Below are positions 12,900-27,225 of a DNA stretch of 64,000 bases, piece after piece. The stretch is taken from the NCBI RefSeq assembly GCF_036321535.1, contig NC_087437.1, positions 97,714,001 through 97,778,000 of the forward strand. Direction: 5' to 3'. The stretch's first letter is position 1; every line of letters starts with the position of its first letter. A model generated the notes under the pieces. That model was not told where the DNA came from and searched no databases. It saw only the letters and a program-made list of their open reading frames with translations. The position numbers and the translations under genes are program-made. Source of the DNA: Camelus dromedarius (lineage: Eukaryota).

Positions 12900-15640
12900 T
12901 GTGATAAAGTACACGTCTGTCATCTAATCAAGAATTTCCAAGATTGCAAAGAAGCAGGGAAATAGATCCTTATGAGGGTAAATCAATGAGAGATATTAAA
13001 CGATTCAAATCAAACTTCCAGAGGTAAAAACTACAGTATCTGAGATGAAAAATACCATGGATAGGGTAAATATCAGCTTAGACATTACAGAAGAAAAGAA
13101 TAGTGAACTTGAAGACATAGCAACAGAAAACATTCAGAACAAAATTCAGGGAGAAAATGAAATTTAAAATCACAGAGCATCAGTGAACTGTGTGACTACT
13201 TCAAGCAGCCTAATTAACTTGAAATTAGAGTCCTCAAAGGGAAAGGAGAGAGAAGGGACACAGAAAAAAATATTTCAAAAAAAGTTAAAAATTTAGATAA
13301 AATTTGATAAAATCTATAAACCCATAAGTTCAAGAAGGCCAACAGACACTAAACACAAGAAGTATGAAAAAATTTTCAAGTCACATCATAATCAAACTGC
13401 TTAAAATCAGTGATAAGGAGAAAATCTTAAAACCAGAGAAAAGAGGCTTATTTCCTTCATAGGAACAAAGGTAGAATAGTAATAGATTTATTATTAAGAT
13501 CAGTGCATGATATAAGACAGTACAGCAACATCTTTAAAGTACTGAAAGTAAGAAAACAAAAGTCAAACTAGAAGTTTTTTACCCAGAAAAATTATCTTTC
13601 AAAATAAAGACATCATAAAGACATTTTCAGACACACACAAAAGTTGAAAGAATTCACAACCATCATACCCACACTACAGAAAAATCTTAAAGGAACTCCT
13701 TTAGTCATAAGGTAAATTATACTATTATACCATTACAATTATAGATGAAAATACACATCTACATAAGGGTTAGAAAGTACACTGGAAATGGTAATTATGT
13801 TGATAAACATAAGACTTTTCCTAATTATTTATGTCTTTAATAGACTTGTATCTCTTTAAATTAAAATTACACACTATTATAGAGTTTTTAGCATATGTAC
13901 AAGTAAAATGTATGCCAACAAAAGCACAAAAGAGAAATGGGATTATACGACTGTTAAGGTTCTCATGTTACATATGAAGTGGTAAAATTCACTCGAACGT
14001 AGACTATAATAAAATAAAGATTATAATATAAACCCCAAAGGAACCACTAAAATAATCAAATAGTTATAAATAATAAACCCACAAAAGAGATCAAATGGAA
14101 TCATAAGACTCATCAATTTATTCAAAATAAGGCATACAACTAAAAATAGAACTACCAAATGACTGAGCAATTCCAATCCTGGGTATATATCTGGGAAAAA
14201 AAAAACATTAATTGGAAAAGATACATGCACTCTAATGTTCATAGCAGCATTATTTACAGTTGCCAAGGTATGGAGGCAACCTAAGTGTCCATCAATAGAT
14301 TAATGGATAAAGAAGAGGTGAGATATATAGAGATATATATATTGAATGGAATACTACTCAGCCAAAAAAAGGATGAAAATTAGCCATTTACAGCAATATG
14401 GATGGACTTGGAGGGAATTATGCTGAGTGAAATAAGTCAGGCAGAGAAAGACCAATCCTGTATGATATTACTTATATGCAGAATCTTAAAAAAACAAACA
14501 AACTACAAACTAGTGAATAAAAAAAAAGAAGCAGACTCACAGATACAGAAAACAAACTAGTGGTTACCAGTAGCGAGAAGGGAAGGGGAAGGGACAATGT
14601 AGGAGTAAGGGAAGAAAAGGGTTATTATGGGATTATATAAATCATGTGTATGACATTTTTGAAAATTATAAAGCACTATAGAATTTAAAGAATCTTTCAT
14701 TCAATTAAAAACTAAAATTAAAAGATTACTCTAACACCTAAAAAAAAGAAGGCAATGAGAAAAATATGAACAAAGTACAGACAGGGCAAATAGAAAATGA
14801 AATAGAAAGATGACAGATTGAAACCCAACCATATCTATAATTACATTAAATTTAAAGATTTAAATACTGTCAGTTAAATGTCAGAGGTCATCAACATCAT
14901 TTGTCATTTGAGAAATGCAAATTAAAAGCACAGTGAACTACCTCTCCACAACTATTAGAATAGCAAAATTAAAAAACAACAATAAAACTGGTGAAGTTGC
15001 AGTTTTTGGTGCAGGAGAGCAATGGAACACTGTAAGTACTAGTGGGAATGCAAAATATACAGTCACTTTGGAAAACAGTTTGGCAGTTTCTTATAAAGTT
15101 AAACATACAATATGACCCAGCATTCTCTCTTCTAGGTATTTATCCAAGAGAAATGAAAATGCATGTTCACATAAAAGCCTGCAGGCAAATATTTAGGTTG
15201 GCTTTAGTCATGGACAGATGTCAAAAACTATGAACAAATTACATTTCCTCCAACTGGTGAATGAATAAAGGAACTGTGGTACATCCATACAATGAAATAC
15301 CATTCATCAATAACATTCCATTGATATAAGTAAAAACATGGATGAATTTTAAATGTATGAAGCTAAGTGAAAGAAGCCATGCTTAAAAGGCAACATGCTA
15401 TATGATTCCATTTATATAATGTTCTGGAAAAGGCAAAGGTAGGTGTAGAGGTTGCCAGGAGTGGGAGTGGGGACCTGGGTTGAAAATAAAGTGGCAGCAC
15501 ATGGTAGTTTTTGTGATTGATGGAAATGTTCCATATCTTAATTATGGTGGTGGTTACATGACTTGATGTATTTATTAAAACTCATAGAACTGTATACTTT
15601 TTATAAAATATAAAAAGTACATTTTACTGTTAAGTAAAGA
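12900..15640 (+). mobile_element. Composite of old L1M fragments (ORF1-like region and 3' end), interrupted by a younger L1
   Basis: A-rich L1 ORF1-like sequence (gaatagtgaacttgaagacatagcaacagaaa), and 3' motifs ctaggtatttatccaagagaaatgaaaa and tatgattccatttatata. Confidence 0.75.
14135..14743 (+). mobile_element. Younger 5'-truncated L1 nested in the older L1
   Basis: aaaatagaactacc...atgttcatagcagcattatttaca...A tail. TSD aaaataaggca (14124-14134) / aaaagaaggca (14744-14754). Confidence 0.85.
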
Positions 15641-18600
15641 AGTAAAAAGTAGTTTTTAGTCCAGATTTTCCCAGGAAGTCATCCAGGTACCTCTACCATG
15701 AATATTCCTCTTGGCCCTAAGTTTGAAGGCCACTGGAAATGTTCAGAACTATATTGTTTGTGTAGACTCCATCACAGTTTGTTATAGACAGATAATTACT
15801 GATTGCGTAGCTACACAGTTTAATCTGTACCATAAGGCATCACATTTTTATAACTCACATTCCCAATAATTTGGCAGGGCTAATTCTCATTAATTGCACA
15901 TTATCTGTATGGACAGATCTAAATAGGAAAAGCAACTAAATAGTTACAGCAATTATCTAGGTAATTAAACTTAAAGCATATATTTCAACCAAGCATCTGT
16001 TAGCATCCCCAGCCAGCAGGAAATGTTAAGAGTCTTGCTAACCACCCACAAAATGTATTTTAGTTTTTCACCCTGAGTAGAAATAACTGCATCTAAATTT
16101 TGTAAATTTAGTAAACTTTCATAGTCCAACCATTGTGTAGATCTTACATGAAAATTAAAATTACATGCATGCTTACGTTTTGCTCTGTAGCATATCCCAA
16201 TGACTTTAACCTATTTCCAATTAGCCAATGAATAGTTGTATACAACATCTGTCCATGTAAAGCATGATTAAGAAGACAGTGAGTCAAATATAATAGTGGG
16301 CACATGTCTGTTTTTAATCTTTCCTTTCTCCTTATAATAAGTGACTTGAAAAGGAGAAATAAATAGAGAAAACTATGACTGTCTGTAGGCTCACCAACAT
16401 TCCTTGTCAAGGTGTAAACATCATGTGGTGAGGCAGATGATTTGAAAATGTTTGTTCAATGAATAAAACAAGGAATTTGTTTAAAGTGCAGATAGTTGTC
16501 TATGCATAGATAGTGTTTATGACAAGCAACACTGGGGAAAAACAAAGTGCTCAACAATAAAGGAAATACTAAGTTGAATATTCTACAAAAGATGGAATAT
16601 ATTGGCAGCCATTAACTTTGAAAAAAATTGCTTATAACCAGGTCCATGATGTTGCATGGCTCCAAGTCCAGTGTGTTCACATTATTGTCCATGTGAACAG
16701 TGTCTCTTGAACCTTTTACTGTGGTGAATAAGCTGCATGATTCTACACAAAAAGCTTGTTTATAATTTAATGTAAATAATTAAATTCATGATTCAACAGT
16801 AGCATGTGTGATTATGAGTAAATATGAGAAAATATTAACAGTGTTATCTTTTAGTTGTAGGATTGCATATAAAATTTTTCAAGTGTCCCACAGTGGGAAT
16901 AAATGACTATATTAATTTATAAAAATGTTTATTCCTGTAAAAATAACAGCAACTAAAAACAGAAGAAAATGACAACAAAATTTTAAAAAACAAAAGTTTG
17001 GCTTCAAGTCATTGCAAAGACACTTCTCAGATGAGAAATCTGAGTTTCTGTTCCCTTATTATTAAAACAAAGAAAATACTTAACTCATAGAGTTATTGCA
17101 ACGATTGTAAAAATAGTATTTGGGATGTAGTACATGCTAAATAAATTTAACCATTATTATTAATCTTGTAAGTAGTTCACTAATATTAAGACAAAAACAA
17201 AAACAAAAACAAATTTATCTGGAATATCCCTTTATTACCTAAATCTTCAGTCATTAATCCTTGGTAGATAATTAAATTCCCTTTAAATCATGTATATCAT
17301 CCAAAACATGCACCTTGGAAAAAAACTAAAATTCCCCTTTCTTACATGCTGGTTCCCTAAAGAAGGTTAAATTGAGTTTAGGGCAAATAACTCAGAAGAT
17401 AAATTCCACTTAATGAGATAAATTTGCAATCAATGCAGGTTTCTTTTTCTAAAGTTCTTAACTCTGTTCAGAGTCTTTCAATATCCCCAACAACTCTGAC
17501 AGGTGAGGATTCCATCACTGCATTTTAGTGAGAAGTATAGTAGAAGTGAGTAAAGAGTTGGATAAGAAGTTTATAAAGTATTAAGGAATGAAATTTTTAC
17601 AATAAGGTGGGAGTGTTTATACGGTTGGAGAATGAGACATAGTTTCACAGAATTATTGGGAATAAAGCATTTTACTGATCATTTGAGCAAAACAGACCAG
17701 TGAGTCTCATATAATTATTGGCTTGGTCAGTCTGTTGCTTGAGCAAACCACCCTTGGACTTTTAACCAGGCAGTTTAAAAGAGAAAAGTGAAATGTTAAA
17801 GACTTCGGCACAAATAGTATACTGTAAATTGGTTTTCTGAGGTAGCTTTCTAAACTGAAGATGATTCTTCGGCTATTCTTAAGCAAATACTTACCCTCAT
17901 TAAATCTAAGTTTCATGTATAATATTTTCAAAAAAATCTTGAAATTATTTAATGAAATGCAATACTAAATGCAATTTTTTAATATGAAGTAAGTAAGGCA
18001 TAGAGGCCAAAGCTACAAAATAGATTTAAAGTTTATTTGAAAAAGGACAAATGTCTAAATTTATGCACAATGTGTCCATGATATTGGAGTAAATTATTTA
18101 AGAAGTTACCTTTATGTTCCACCTCATATTGTCTTATCAGACAAAATATTACATTACAGCCGTAGAACAACAAACACAACTATTAAAAAAAAACCTAACT
18201 TACTTGCAAATAATTTTAAGTATCCAGATCTTGAAAGATCTGAATTTGAGTGTTCCAGCTTAGACATTCATTTATTGCTGTCATTCACCATTAATTGCAT
18301 CAGCAGGTTAGAGTTATATTGAATATTTTTTTAGTTAAATAAATATTTAACTTCGGTAGAATATATTACAATCCAGACAATCTATGTCTAATTAATGTTT
18401 TGCCTGACTTTTCAAAATATTTTTAGTCTCTTTGTAATGGCCTGTTATGTTTGCCACCAAGCATCTATCCCCTTTCGGATAATATTACCCTCATCGTTCT
18501 TTACCCCACTCTCAATCTATAAACGTTGGATTAATTTGATCCCATCCCAAGTCAAGTGGGATTGCATGAACCATTATGAAGACTTTGGCTTTTATTAAGA

Positions 18601-21356
18601 CTGTAGTTAAATTCCATGTATGTTTAGAAGGTAGGGCAAAAGTTCCTATGATTGGATGGGGAGTGTGTGAGAAAAAGACTAGTCTATGATGAACCCAGGT
18701 CTTCTGGCTTAAGCAAGTACAAAGATGTTTCTCCATGTTTCAGCTAGATTTTATCTTTATATTTTGTAAGAAATATTAATATATAATAAATTTAAAGCCA
18801 TTCTATATCTCATATATATCAAAAGTTTTCTTATTTTGTTTTTGTTAATAATGTTTTTGACACACGGATTTTATTTTTTTAATTTGCATAGAGGCAAATT
18901 GATTAACATTTTCCATTTGTTTTTCATCTTGCCTTTCATTATTTTGCAAACATAAATAATTGCCTGTGTTTTCTGTTTACCATTTTACATTTAATATATT
19001 ATAATATCTATAACTAATTTTGTATATGTCATAATTAAGGTATCAAACTCTGTTTCAGTTGTCAATCATTTATTCTTGTGTCATTATTTGAAAGGTTACT
19101 CACATCATCTACAGAATTATGTTTTAGAGTTTTCTTTTTACTCCCTTAAATATATCTATATTCTTCTTCCAATATTATACTATTAAAATTATTGCTGCTT
19201 TGGAATTTGCTTTACTGTTTCACAGTTAAAGTTATAAATATTACTCTCATTATTCAAATTTTCTTGGCTCACATCAATAATTTGTTATTCTAAGTTAATT
19301 AGGAAGAGCTATTCATCTCTTATTTAGATTTTGATTGGAATCATGTTAAACTTGTAAGTGTGTTTAATAAGAATTGCCATTGCTACAACAGTAAATCTTC
19401 CATTCCATGAAGATTTATTTCAATAATTGCAGAATTCCATCCTTATCACTGAATTTTAAAAATAATATATATAAGTGGGTCTAAATTTTGGTCTCTTTTA
19501 GTTTGCTGGTTCTAGTTCATTCTATCAATATGAAATCTGTATCTAATTTTCTTCAGTTGAGGAGAGTTTTCTTTCATCATATCTGTAATTCTGTTGTGTC
19601 ACCTCTTCAGCAACACTAAGAAATTACATTTTTTGTATTTTGATCATTTCCCCAGAATTCCCCAATCTCCTCTATTATTTATACTACCTTATTCTGTAGG
19701 TTATTAAAAGTGAATTTTCTACATTATTGATCAATTCTACTCTTTCTTTTTTTTTATAATGTTGGTTTAAATTTCATGTTGACTTTAGTTTCTTAACTCT
19801 GTCAGTTTCCCTTAAATTTAACCACAGTTACTTGTTTCATCACCTTGCTCTTCATGTATTCCTTCATGGATAACTTCTTTCTTACATATTATTGAGAAAA
19901 CCAACCAAAGCTTTGTGTGATTTCCTTCTATTTCCTGTAATAAATCTTTTTAAAAGCCAGCCTTATTTCTAAATCTAATTGATTGTTGGAGCCTTTTTTC
20001 TTATGTTGCTGATGCTAAATTAGGCACCATTTTGTTGTTGTTGTTTTCCTGTTCACCTCTGCTTGAACAATGAGACATGAATATCTAGCTCTGGCATTTG
20101 CCCATATAGACATCATCCTTGGTTCCTTTTACTGTCCATATGTATGGAACTAAATTTCTCTTTCTCATAGTGAGCTTATGTACTGTTTTATGCACAAAGA
20201 GTCTGGTAAGTATCTGGTGTCTGGCCAAGACTTACAACATACGTTTCTTCTAGACTGAGGAGGAAACTCTTTTCTTTCTCTTTCCATATGATAGATAGGA
20301 AGAAGCCTTTATTTCAGGACAGTATAAATCCTTTACATTTAAATGCCAGAAACAGGATATAAAACTACAACTAGATGTCTTTATTCATATCTACCATCCT
20401 GATGCTCAGAGAGGTATTAATGGAGGAGACTAGAGAAATCTGATGGTGCAACAATCTTGACCTCTTTAAAATCTAGCTTTGGGGGACTGCAAATATAGTT
20501 TCCATTCTTATAGTTAAGATTTTGCATTATTCAGATAATAGATACAGAAATAAGTTGTAGATTAATAATAATCCTGCAGTTCTAATCCTTCAAACATGAC
20601 CCCTCCCCAACCTTTCTCTTCCTCTGTCTGATATACTTTGGCAGGAAAGGGTGTTGCTGGTATTCCTAACTGAAAATGTCCATGTATTTTGTCATTTTTG
20701 TAAGTGTTACAGTCAAAGGCAAGAGATAGTAAAATTGCCTGTTTATTTTTCCCATTATAATGACAATTTACTCATTGACTTTTAAATGACTAAATATATT
20801 CATATCAAAAATTTAGCAAATACCTTTTACTTCAAAGAATCTTCCCAGCTCTCCTCTGGTGATGTAGACCTTATCTAAATGCATATTCTTATCATTTACT
20901 ATTTTTATTATTTTTATTCTCCAAAAATTCTCATTTACATATGTTCAACATTCACAGAAAAGTAATTGGGAAATCAAATATATAAATACAGGAATATCAA
21001 GAGAAGTAAAGAGGAAGTGTTGCAGTCAATCAAAGAGAGATTTCGAGCAATCCACAAACGCATTGAAATGATTGATAAGGTTCTAAGGCAGACATTTATC
21101 TTTTTTCATTTTTATTGTGCATCAGGAAATGATTGTACACTTTTTTTCTTTGCTTGGGTAATGTGATTCCAAAATAAATTTCATCTAAGCCAAAAGAAAA
21201 TTTATACCTTTTAGATATTCTAGTATTTATGTAAAATATAATCTAAAATACACCATGAACAGATATTTAAGTATATGAACTTTTAAAACATTCCTTAGCA
21301 AAGCAATATTTTCAAGTTTAGAAGATAACATCAAAATAAAAATTTAGTTTTCTTAC

Positions 21357-21533
21357 CTTTCTGGATGTGTCAGTGATGTTAACATGAGACGCTGAATAGT
21401 GTATTTGCATGTGGAACATTGCTGATTTGAGCTTTGAAAATAAGTCAAACCAATGCTTGAAATATTTACAACATCATTTAAAAATTGAGCAAGAATCTTG
21501 AATTCCTGAAGTTTATAAAATGACTTGTTCTTC
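21357..21533 (-). CDS. LIPI: LIPI coding exon 9
   Basis: tgtttag|EKNKSFYKLQEFKILAQFLNDVVNISSIGLTYFQSSNQQCSTCKYTIQRLMLTSLTHPE AG|gtaag, 177 nt. Confidence 0.95.
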
Positions 21534-21984
21534 CTAAACAGAAAATTTGATATACTAAGCTTATTTGTAATTTGAAGTATAATACAACTTTAAAATCAAT
21601 ATAATCTTATCAATGCAAGATAGACCAAGATTATAGAAAAAAGGCCAACAATAAAGTATTTGTTAAAGTATTTATTAAAATAATTTAAACAGTAGTTTAA
21701 AACAAAATAATAGTGATAATATATGTATATCCACACTCAAATATTTTGGGAAAACTTTTTTGGAAAAAAGTGGGACATCTTGTCTTTCCAACTAGGTGTG
21801 TAGACTGTATATTTGTGTAAGATTAGTGAAGTCATATTTTGCCTCTTTTTTTAGACCCCTGAACAACTATCACCATTCTTTGAATAGACTGGGTCCTCAA
21901 CTAATAACCTTTTGTTGTTCTGTGCACTTCATCACATCATGGGTCTGCTTGACTCCAAAGGAAACAACAAAGGAAAATAAGTAG

Positions 21985-22120
21985 GTGAAGAAAGATGATA
22001 AGGAAAAGGAGGAGAAAAGAAAGGGAAGGAGGAAGGATGGGAGGGAAAGTGGGGGACAAGAAGGAAGGACAGAAGAGAAAAGAGAATGGAAGGAAGGGAA
22101 AGGAAAGGAAGAGGAAAGGA
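21985..22120. repeat. Purine-rich (GA/GGAA) low-complexity tract
   Basis: Directly visible. Confidence 0.85.
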
Positions 22121-22299
22121 AATTTTTAAAAAATCTGCTGAAATAATTTTGTCCTTTGAGGTAACAATGACTTATTGCACAAAGGTAACAGTCACACATA
22201 GAATAGCTGAAAAGCAACCAGGGAGACACCCAGCACTTGTGCCATCTTATATTTGTCCCTGTTCTCTTCTCCTTTTGATTCTTGACAGCAGCTAGGCCC

Positions 22300-23585
22300 A
22301 AAAAAGATTGTTATCACCCCCCTCAAAACCCACCCCTGCTCCCTCCTGGCAGAATCACTACCTCCTCTCTCACAGAATATCATGTCATTGGTCATATCTC
22401 TAATTTCTATACAAGATCTTATCTAGATTTCTCAGAGACACTTCAGAGTCAACATATTCAGAAGGAAAAGTGTGGTCTTCCCCTACAAATTCACATCTAA
22501 TCCATTGGTTCCAAATACCAACTGTTTTGCTTCTGACCATCAAGTCTCTGCCTCCAGCTGAGCCCAGTCTGCTGAAATCCAGACACATATATACACTGAT
22601 ATTCACCATGTCTACTTGGGTATTTCAAGAATGCCTAAAGCTCAGTATGCTCAAACTTAATGACATCTTTCCCAATACCCACCTCTCACCAAAAAAACTT
22701 AAAGCTTAGAATTTCCTTTTCATTTAAAATGCACCACCACTTACTGACCAAGCCACACAACTAGGCTTCACTCTTGAAATCATCTTCTCTTTTAACCCCT
22801 ACAGCTAATCTAGGCTATATGCCTACTAACTTTATCCATGAAATATTCTGAATCTTCTTTGAAATCATCCTCATTTATCTCCACTGCACACGCTTTATCT
22901 CAGGGTACCATCGTTCCTTGCCTTTATTCTTGTAATAGCATCCTGTCTTTTCCCTCTCCCATCCACTGTGGTCAAATGGCCTTTCCAAAATAAAAATCCA
23001 AACCTGGCCCCAACCAGACTGCCCCAAGTAAAACATTTTATTGGTTTTTATTTGCCCAGTGAATAAAATAAAAATCCTGGAACATGTCCTACAAGTTCTA
23101 ATTCCTACAAAATCTAGGTGCTCTCTACCTCTCTCATTCTCTTTCTTTCCCTGCCTCTATCCTTGACATAATAAACTTCCTTCAGTTCCTGAAATGGGCT
23201 ATGTTACCTCCTGCTTCTAGAGTTGTGCCTTTGTTAGCTCCTCTGCCTGGAATGCAGCAGAGCAGACTAATTCCTGCACCTCATTCTGGTCTCAGGTAAT
23301 CTAAAAAGCCCTTAGAGAAAGTTTTAGTGACCCCACTAACCATATCTCATCCCCTATTTTATGTTCCCATACATACCATAATTTACCTCAAGACATTTTT
23401 CACAGACATATTTTATTTATTTGTTTTTATAATTGTTTGATTACTTTTATATCCTTCATGAGACTGTCAGATTAATGAGGGTAGGACCATGTCCGTTTTT
23501 CTCATTACAGTATATTAAGCACTTACCACAGTGCCTAGCTCAATGTAGATACTCATTAAAAATTGTTTGAGTGCAGGAATGATGA
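22300..23585 (+). mobile_element. L2 3' fragment
   Basis: ctcctctgcctggaatgc...cttaccacagtgcctagctcaatgtagatactcattaaaaattgtttgagtg, matching the L2 terminus. Confidence 0.7.
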
Positions 23586-24504
23586 ACGTCATCAGTTTAT
23601 TTGTATTATGTATTTGTAAAGCTTTTCTGCTCACTAGACTAAAATTATGTAAGGACAGAAGTCTAATATGTCTTAAATGTTGTCCTTACTTTCTAGTACA
23701 GTTCAAGAAATTTTATTGAATGATCAAAGTGACTCCTCTCCATATCTCCTAGCTCAGTGAATGGCATCATAATTTAAATAGTCACCAAACTCAAAGTCAC
23801 TCCAAATTGTTTTTTTCCTCTTCACTTTCACGTGTTTAATTATCATAAAAACAAATCTATTCTAAATTCCAAAAACCCACTTCCACTTGATCCAGGCCCC
23901 TGTTAACTTTCATGTAAATTATTACAAAGGCCACCTTTCTGGACTTGTTCCACACTAATCTCCTCATTACTCATCCATGTGGGGAGTCATTCTAACCTGA
24001 ATATACAATACTGACACCTTCTGTTTAAAATCCTATATTGGCATATCAATATATTTGGCATCATATTAGGATATGTAAGTGGTTTTTAGTGACATAGAAA
24101 ATGATAACACTATAGCATTCAGTATAAAAATCAGAATGCAGAACATTTGCCAAAATACACCACTTTTGATAAACAGAAAATGATGTGTGCATGCATAGGA
24201 GCATGTACAAGAAGAAGAAAGAGGATGAAAAGGAGGAGATAGAGGTGGAAGGGAAGGAGGAGGAGGAAGAGGAATGGCTAAAAATCAAATGATAAATGTG
24301 AATATCCCTCGATGATGTAATTATAGATGGTTCTCATTTTCCACTATATAATACAATACATTTTCTACCGCAAGCAAATATTCATATTTTCATTTTGAAA
24401 AGGAAAATGAAGATCATTTGAAAGTCTCTTGACTTCCCTAGCATCTAAAATAGTTAAAATCCCAAAGCATGACTAAATTTATTAGCAAATAATTATTTTT
24501 TTCC

Positions 24505-24715
24505 TTTTTTTTATTGAAGTATAGCCAGCTTACAATGTTGTGTCAGTTTCTGGTGTACAGCATAATAATTCAGTCATACATATACATACATATATTAGTT
24601 TTCATATTATTTTTCATTATATGTTACTATATATTACTGAATGTAGTTCCCTGTGCTATACAGTATAAACTTATTGTTTATTTTATATATAATAGTTAGT
24701 ATCTGCAAACCTTGA
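24505..24715 (-). mobile_element. L1 3'-end fragment (cetartiodactyl-type)
   Basis: T-run then ttattgaagtatag...tacaatgttgtgtcagtttctggtgtacagc...gttccctgtgctatacagta. Confidence 0.8.
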
Positions 24716-25828
24716 ATAGAAAAACAATAAAGCCATTGGCCAGACTCAGATTTACCATGGGTAAATCAATGGACTGATTTACCATGTGTGTGGGTTTCAT
24801 ATTTTATATGTCTTCATAAGAAATGCACTAATCAAGTGTTTGAATAAAATGCATCAGTATTTCATAGTGTTCTGCATAGAACATGATGTTTTGTAAAGGA
24901 AATCAAGACTCAACTTTCTGCCTTCTGAACAAGTTTGAAACAACTACTCCAGGTTTGCAGTCTGTGCACTATTACAGAACTTGGGCACTTTCCTCTCTCC
25001 ATGCCTCTTAAAGCACCCTCCCTGTTTCCTGACTGCAATATCTCCCTTTCAAATGCTTCCTTGCTTCTTCCATTGTACTCCTACTGCAAATAAGTGTTCT
25101 GCTACTATGAAATTTATTACTCAGTGCTGTTAATTATGCATTAGTCTCCTCCAGTGTTCTGTGACCTCCTTGAGAACAGTAGCATTGCTATTTCAGTTTT
25201 GATCCCCATTATTTAATGAAATGCTGAATACTTTTGGCTGGTGCTAAATAACATTTGTTGAATAAGTGGATTCAGAAGCTAACAAAGCATATGTCTGGTA
25301 AGAATAAATAATGAATCACACATATATTTGTGCATTGGCATATATAATATATATAAATTTTAGGCAATAAACTATTATGGAATGATATTATTAATTATTA
25401 TAATATGCTATCAGTGCTTAAAATTAGGTGGAAAGAACTTAAAGCCTTCTCTCAATATAAGATAAGCCTTGATATAAGTGAAGATTTTGGATTTAAATCC
25501 TGGTTTGATTTATTTTATCTTCTTTGACTGAAGGGAAGTTGACAAAGGTGAAAAAAATAAGAATAATTTCTGCTCACTCATTACCAGCTCTATCCATTAT
25601 TAAATTATCTGCAATGCCTTTGTTATTTTTAAGAAAATTAAATCTATAGAATCTAGTATTAGAAATATGTTTATATAAATGTTGCCTGACTTATAACCCA
25701 GAATATTACTTCCCAGGATGACCATGATACTCCACAATAAAATAGTTTTTATGTTACTTCAGTACAGAGGTTCTCAATAGTTTGCCATCACATACTTTTT
25801 TTAAACAAGGTGACACCAGATACTTTTG

Positions 25829-25965
25829 TTATTTATTTATTTATTTATTTATTTATTTGTTCATTCATTCATTCATTCATTCATTTATTAATGGAGGCAT
25901 TGGGGATTGAACTCTAGACCTTGTGGATGCTAAGCACATGCTCTACCACTGGGCTACATAACCCC
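25829..25965 (-). mobile_element. Vic-1-like SINE with (TAAA)n(TGAA)n tail
   Basis: ggaggcattggggattgaactctagaccttgtggatgctaagcacatgctctaccactgggctac, similar to the copy at 3809. Confidence 0.85.
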
Positions 25966-27113
25966 ATATACATATAGTTTTTTTTATTATTTTCTTTGTG
26001 GATTCCAAGGTTTTAAAGATTTAACTACAAAACAGACTTCATGTATTATGAGCTATAAATATTTTTTAGATTTTAATGTTATTTTAGATTTTAATTAAAG
26101 GTTTATAATAATACTGTAAAATTAAATACATCATGTCATTGTCTGTGATAGTAATGTGCCAGTGGTTCACTGTCAATGATTGAATAAATCTGAATGGCAC
26201 AATATACTCAAGTCCAAGGTATAGCACACATTTGATTTAGTCAGTTCAGGTACTGTAACTACCTAAACTTTGACAACAGTAAATGTTCAATATACCAACT
26301 GTTCCTCCTGAAATTCTAGTGATGTCATCAGTAACCAAAATCAGAATCAAATTGTTTTAAGTCCAATCACAGTAAAACAAAGTTTATGTTTCATCACTTA
26401 ACGTGTGTGGTACCTGAGAGTCTTTTGAAAACAGTCACATTATTTAATGCATTTCTAGAAGTTTAGTACAGCAGATTGGAAAGCACAATTTTAATATTAA
26501 TATGCACCTTTATATCATAGTTTTCTTTAAGAGAAAATGAATACCCTAGTTTGAGAATTTACTAAGCACACAAATGTACATTCAACAGACTCAAACTGAG
26601 AACATTCCTTTAGATGATTAGAAAGCTTTAAAAACATGTATATGTACCTACAGATGTATAAATAAAAAGTTAAATAGATTATTAAGGAAAAAACAAAACC
26701 CTCTCCTATTATTTGAGAGATTTGTGGCTGGAATTGAAATACTGAAATTAGACCATGCTATTGACAGAAGTCACTAGACATTTATTCACATCACTGTAAA
26801 CATGACATTGCCTGAAAACTAGAGAAAATTAAAAGACAAGGTGGTTTAAGGGGAAGAACACTGGAATAAGAGTTAAAAGAAGAAATAGAAAGTTTCTTCT
26901 CTTCTAACTCTTGTAGTAGCTAGATGTATAACATAAACAAGTTATGTATTCTTTCATATTCAGAGTCTTCCTCCATAGAATTAATGAATTAGAAGATGAC
27001 ACCAGACATCCCTTTAATATTTAATGATTTAAGCCTCACTGCATTGAAAATTTACACTATTTGTATTATCTTCCAAAGTGAATGCTCAAGAAAACATACT
27101 AAATTATACTTAC

Positions 27114-27225
27114 TCATAGAGCCTTGGCTCTTCGACCATTCCAAGCTGATTTAATAATTTAAATGTAACATAGCCATCCTTCATAGTTTTATCCAGAACA
27201 ATTATACTGAGGACAAAGTAATAGG
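27114..27225 (-). CDS. LIPI: LIPI coding exon 8
   Basis: ttttgtag|TYYFVLSIIVLDKTMKDGYVTFKLLNQLGMVEEPRLY GA|gtaagt, 112 nt. Overlaps ORF 27110..27322. Confidence 0.95.

Noticed and set aside
17880..18210. Strong minus-strand donors (agg|gtaagt, caa|gtaagt) in LIPI intron 9
   Set aside because: No convincing acceptor with an open frame; such motifs are frequent by chance.
20966..21166. Coiled-coil-looking 66-aa ORF
   Set aside because: TTG start, antisense in a LIPI intron, no homology that I recognise.
21897..22301. 134-aa S/F/P/L-rich ORF
   Set aside because: Produced by the purine-rich low-complexity tract; no splice or domain support.
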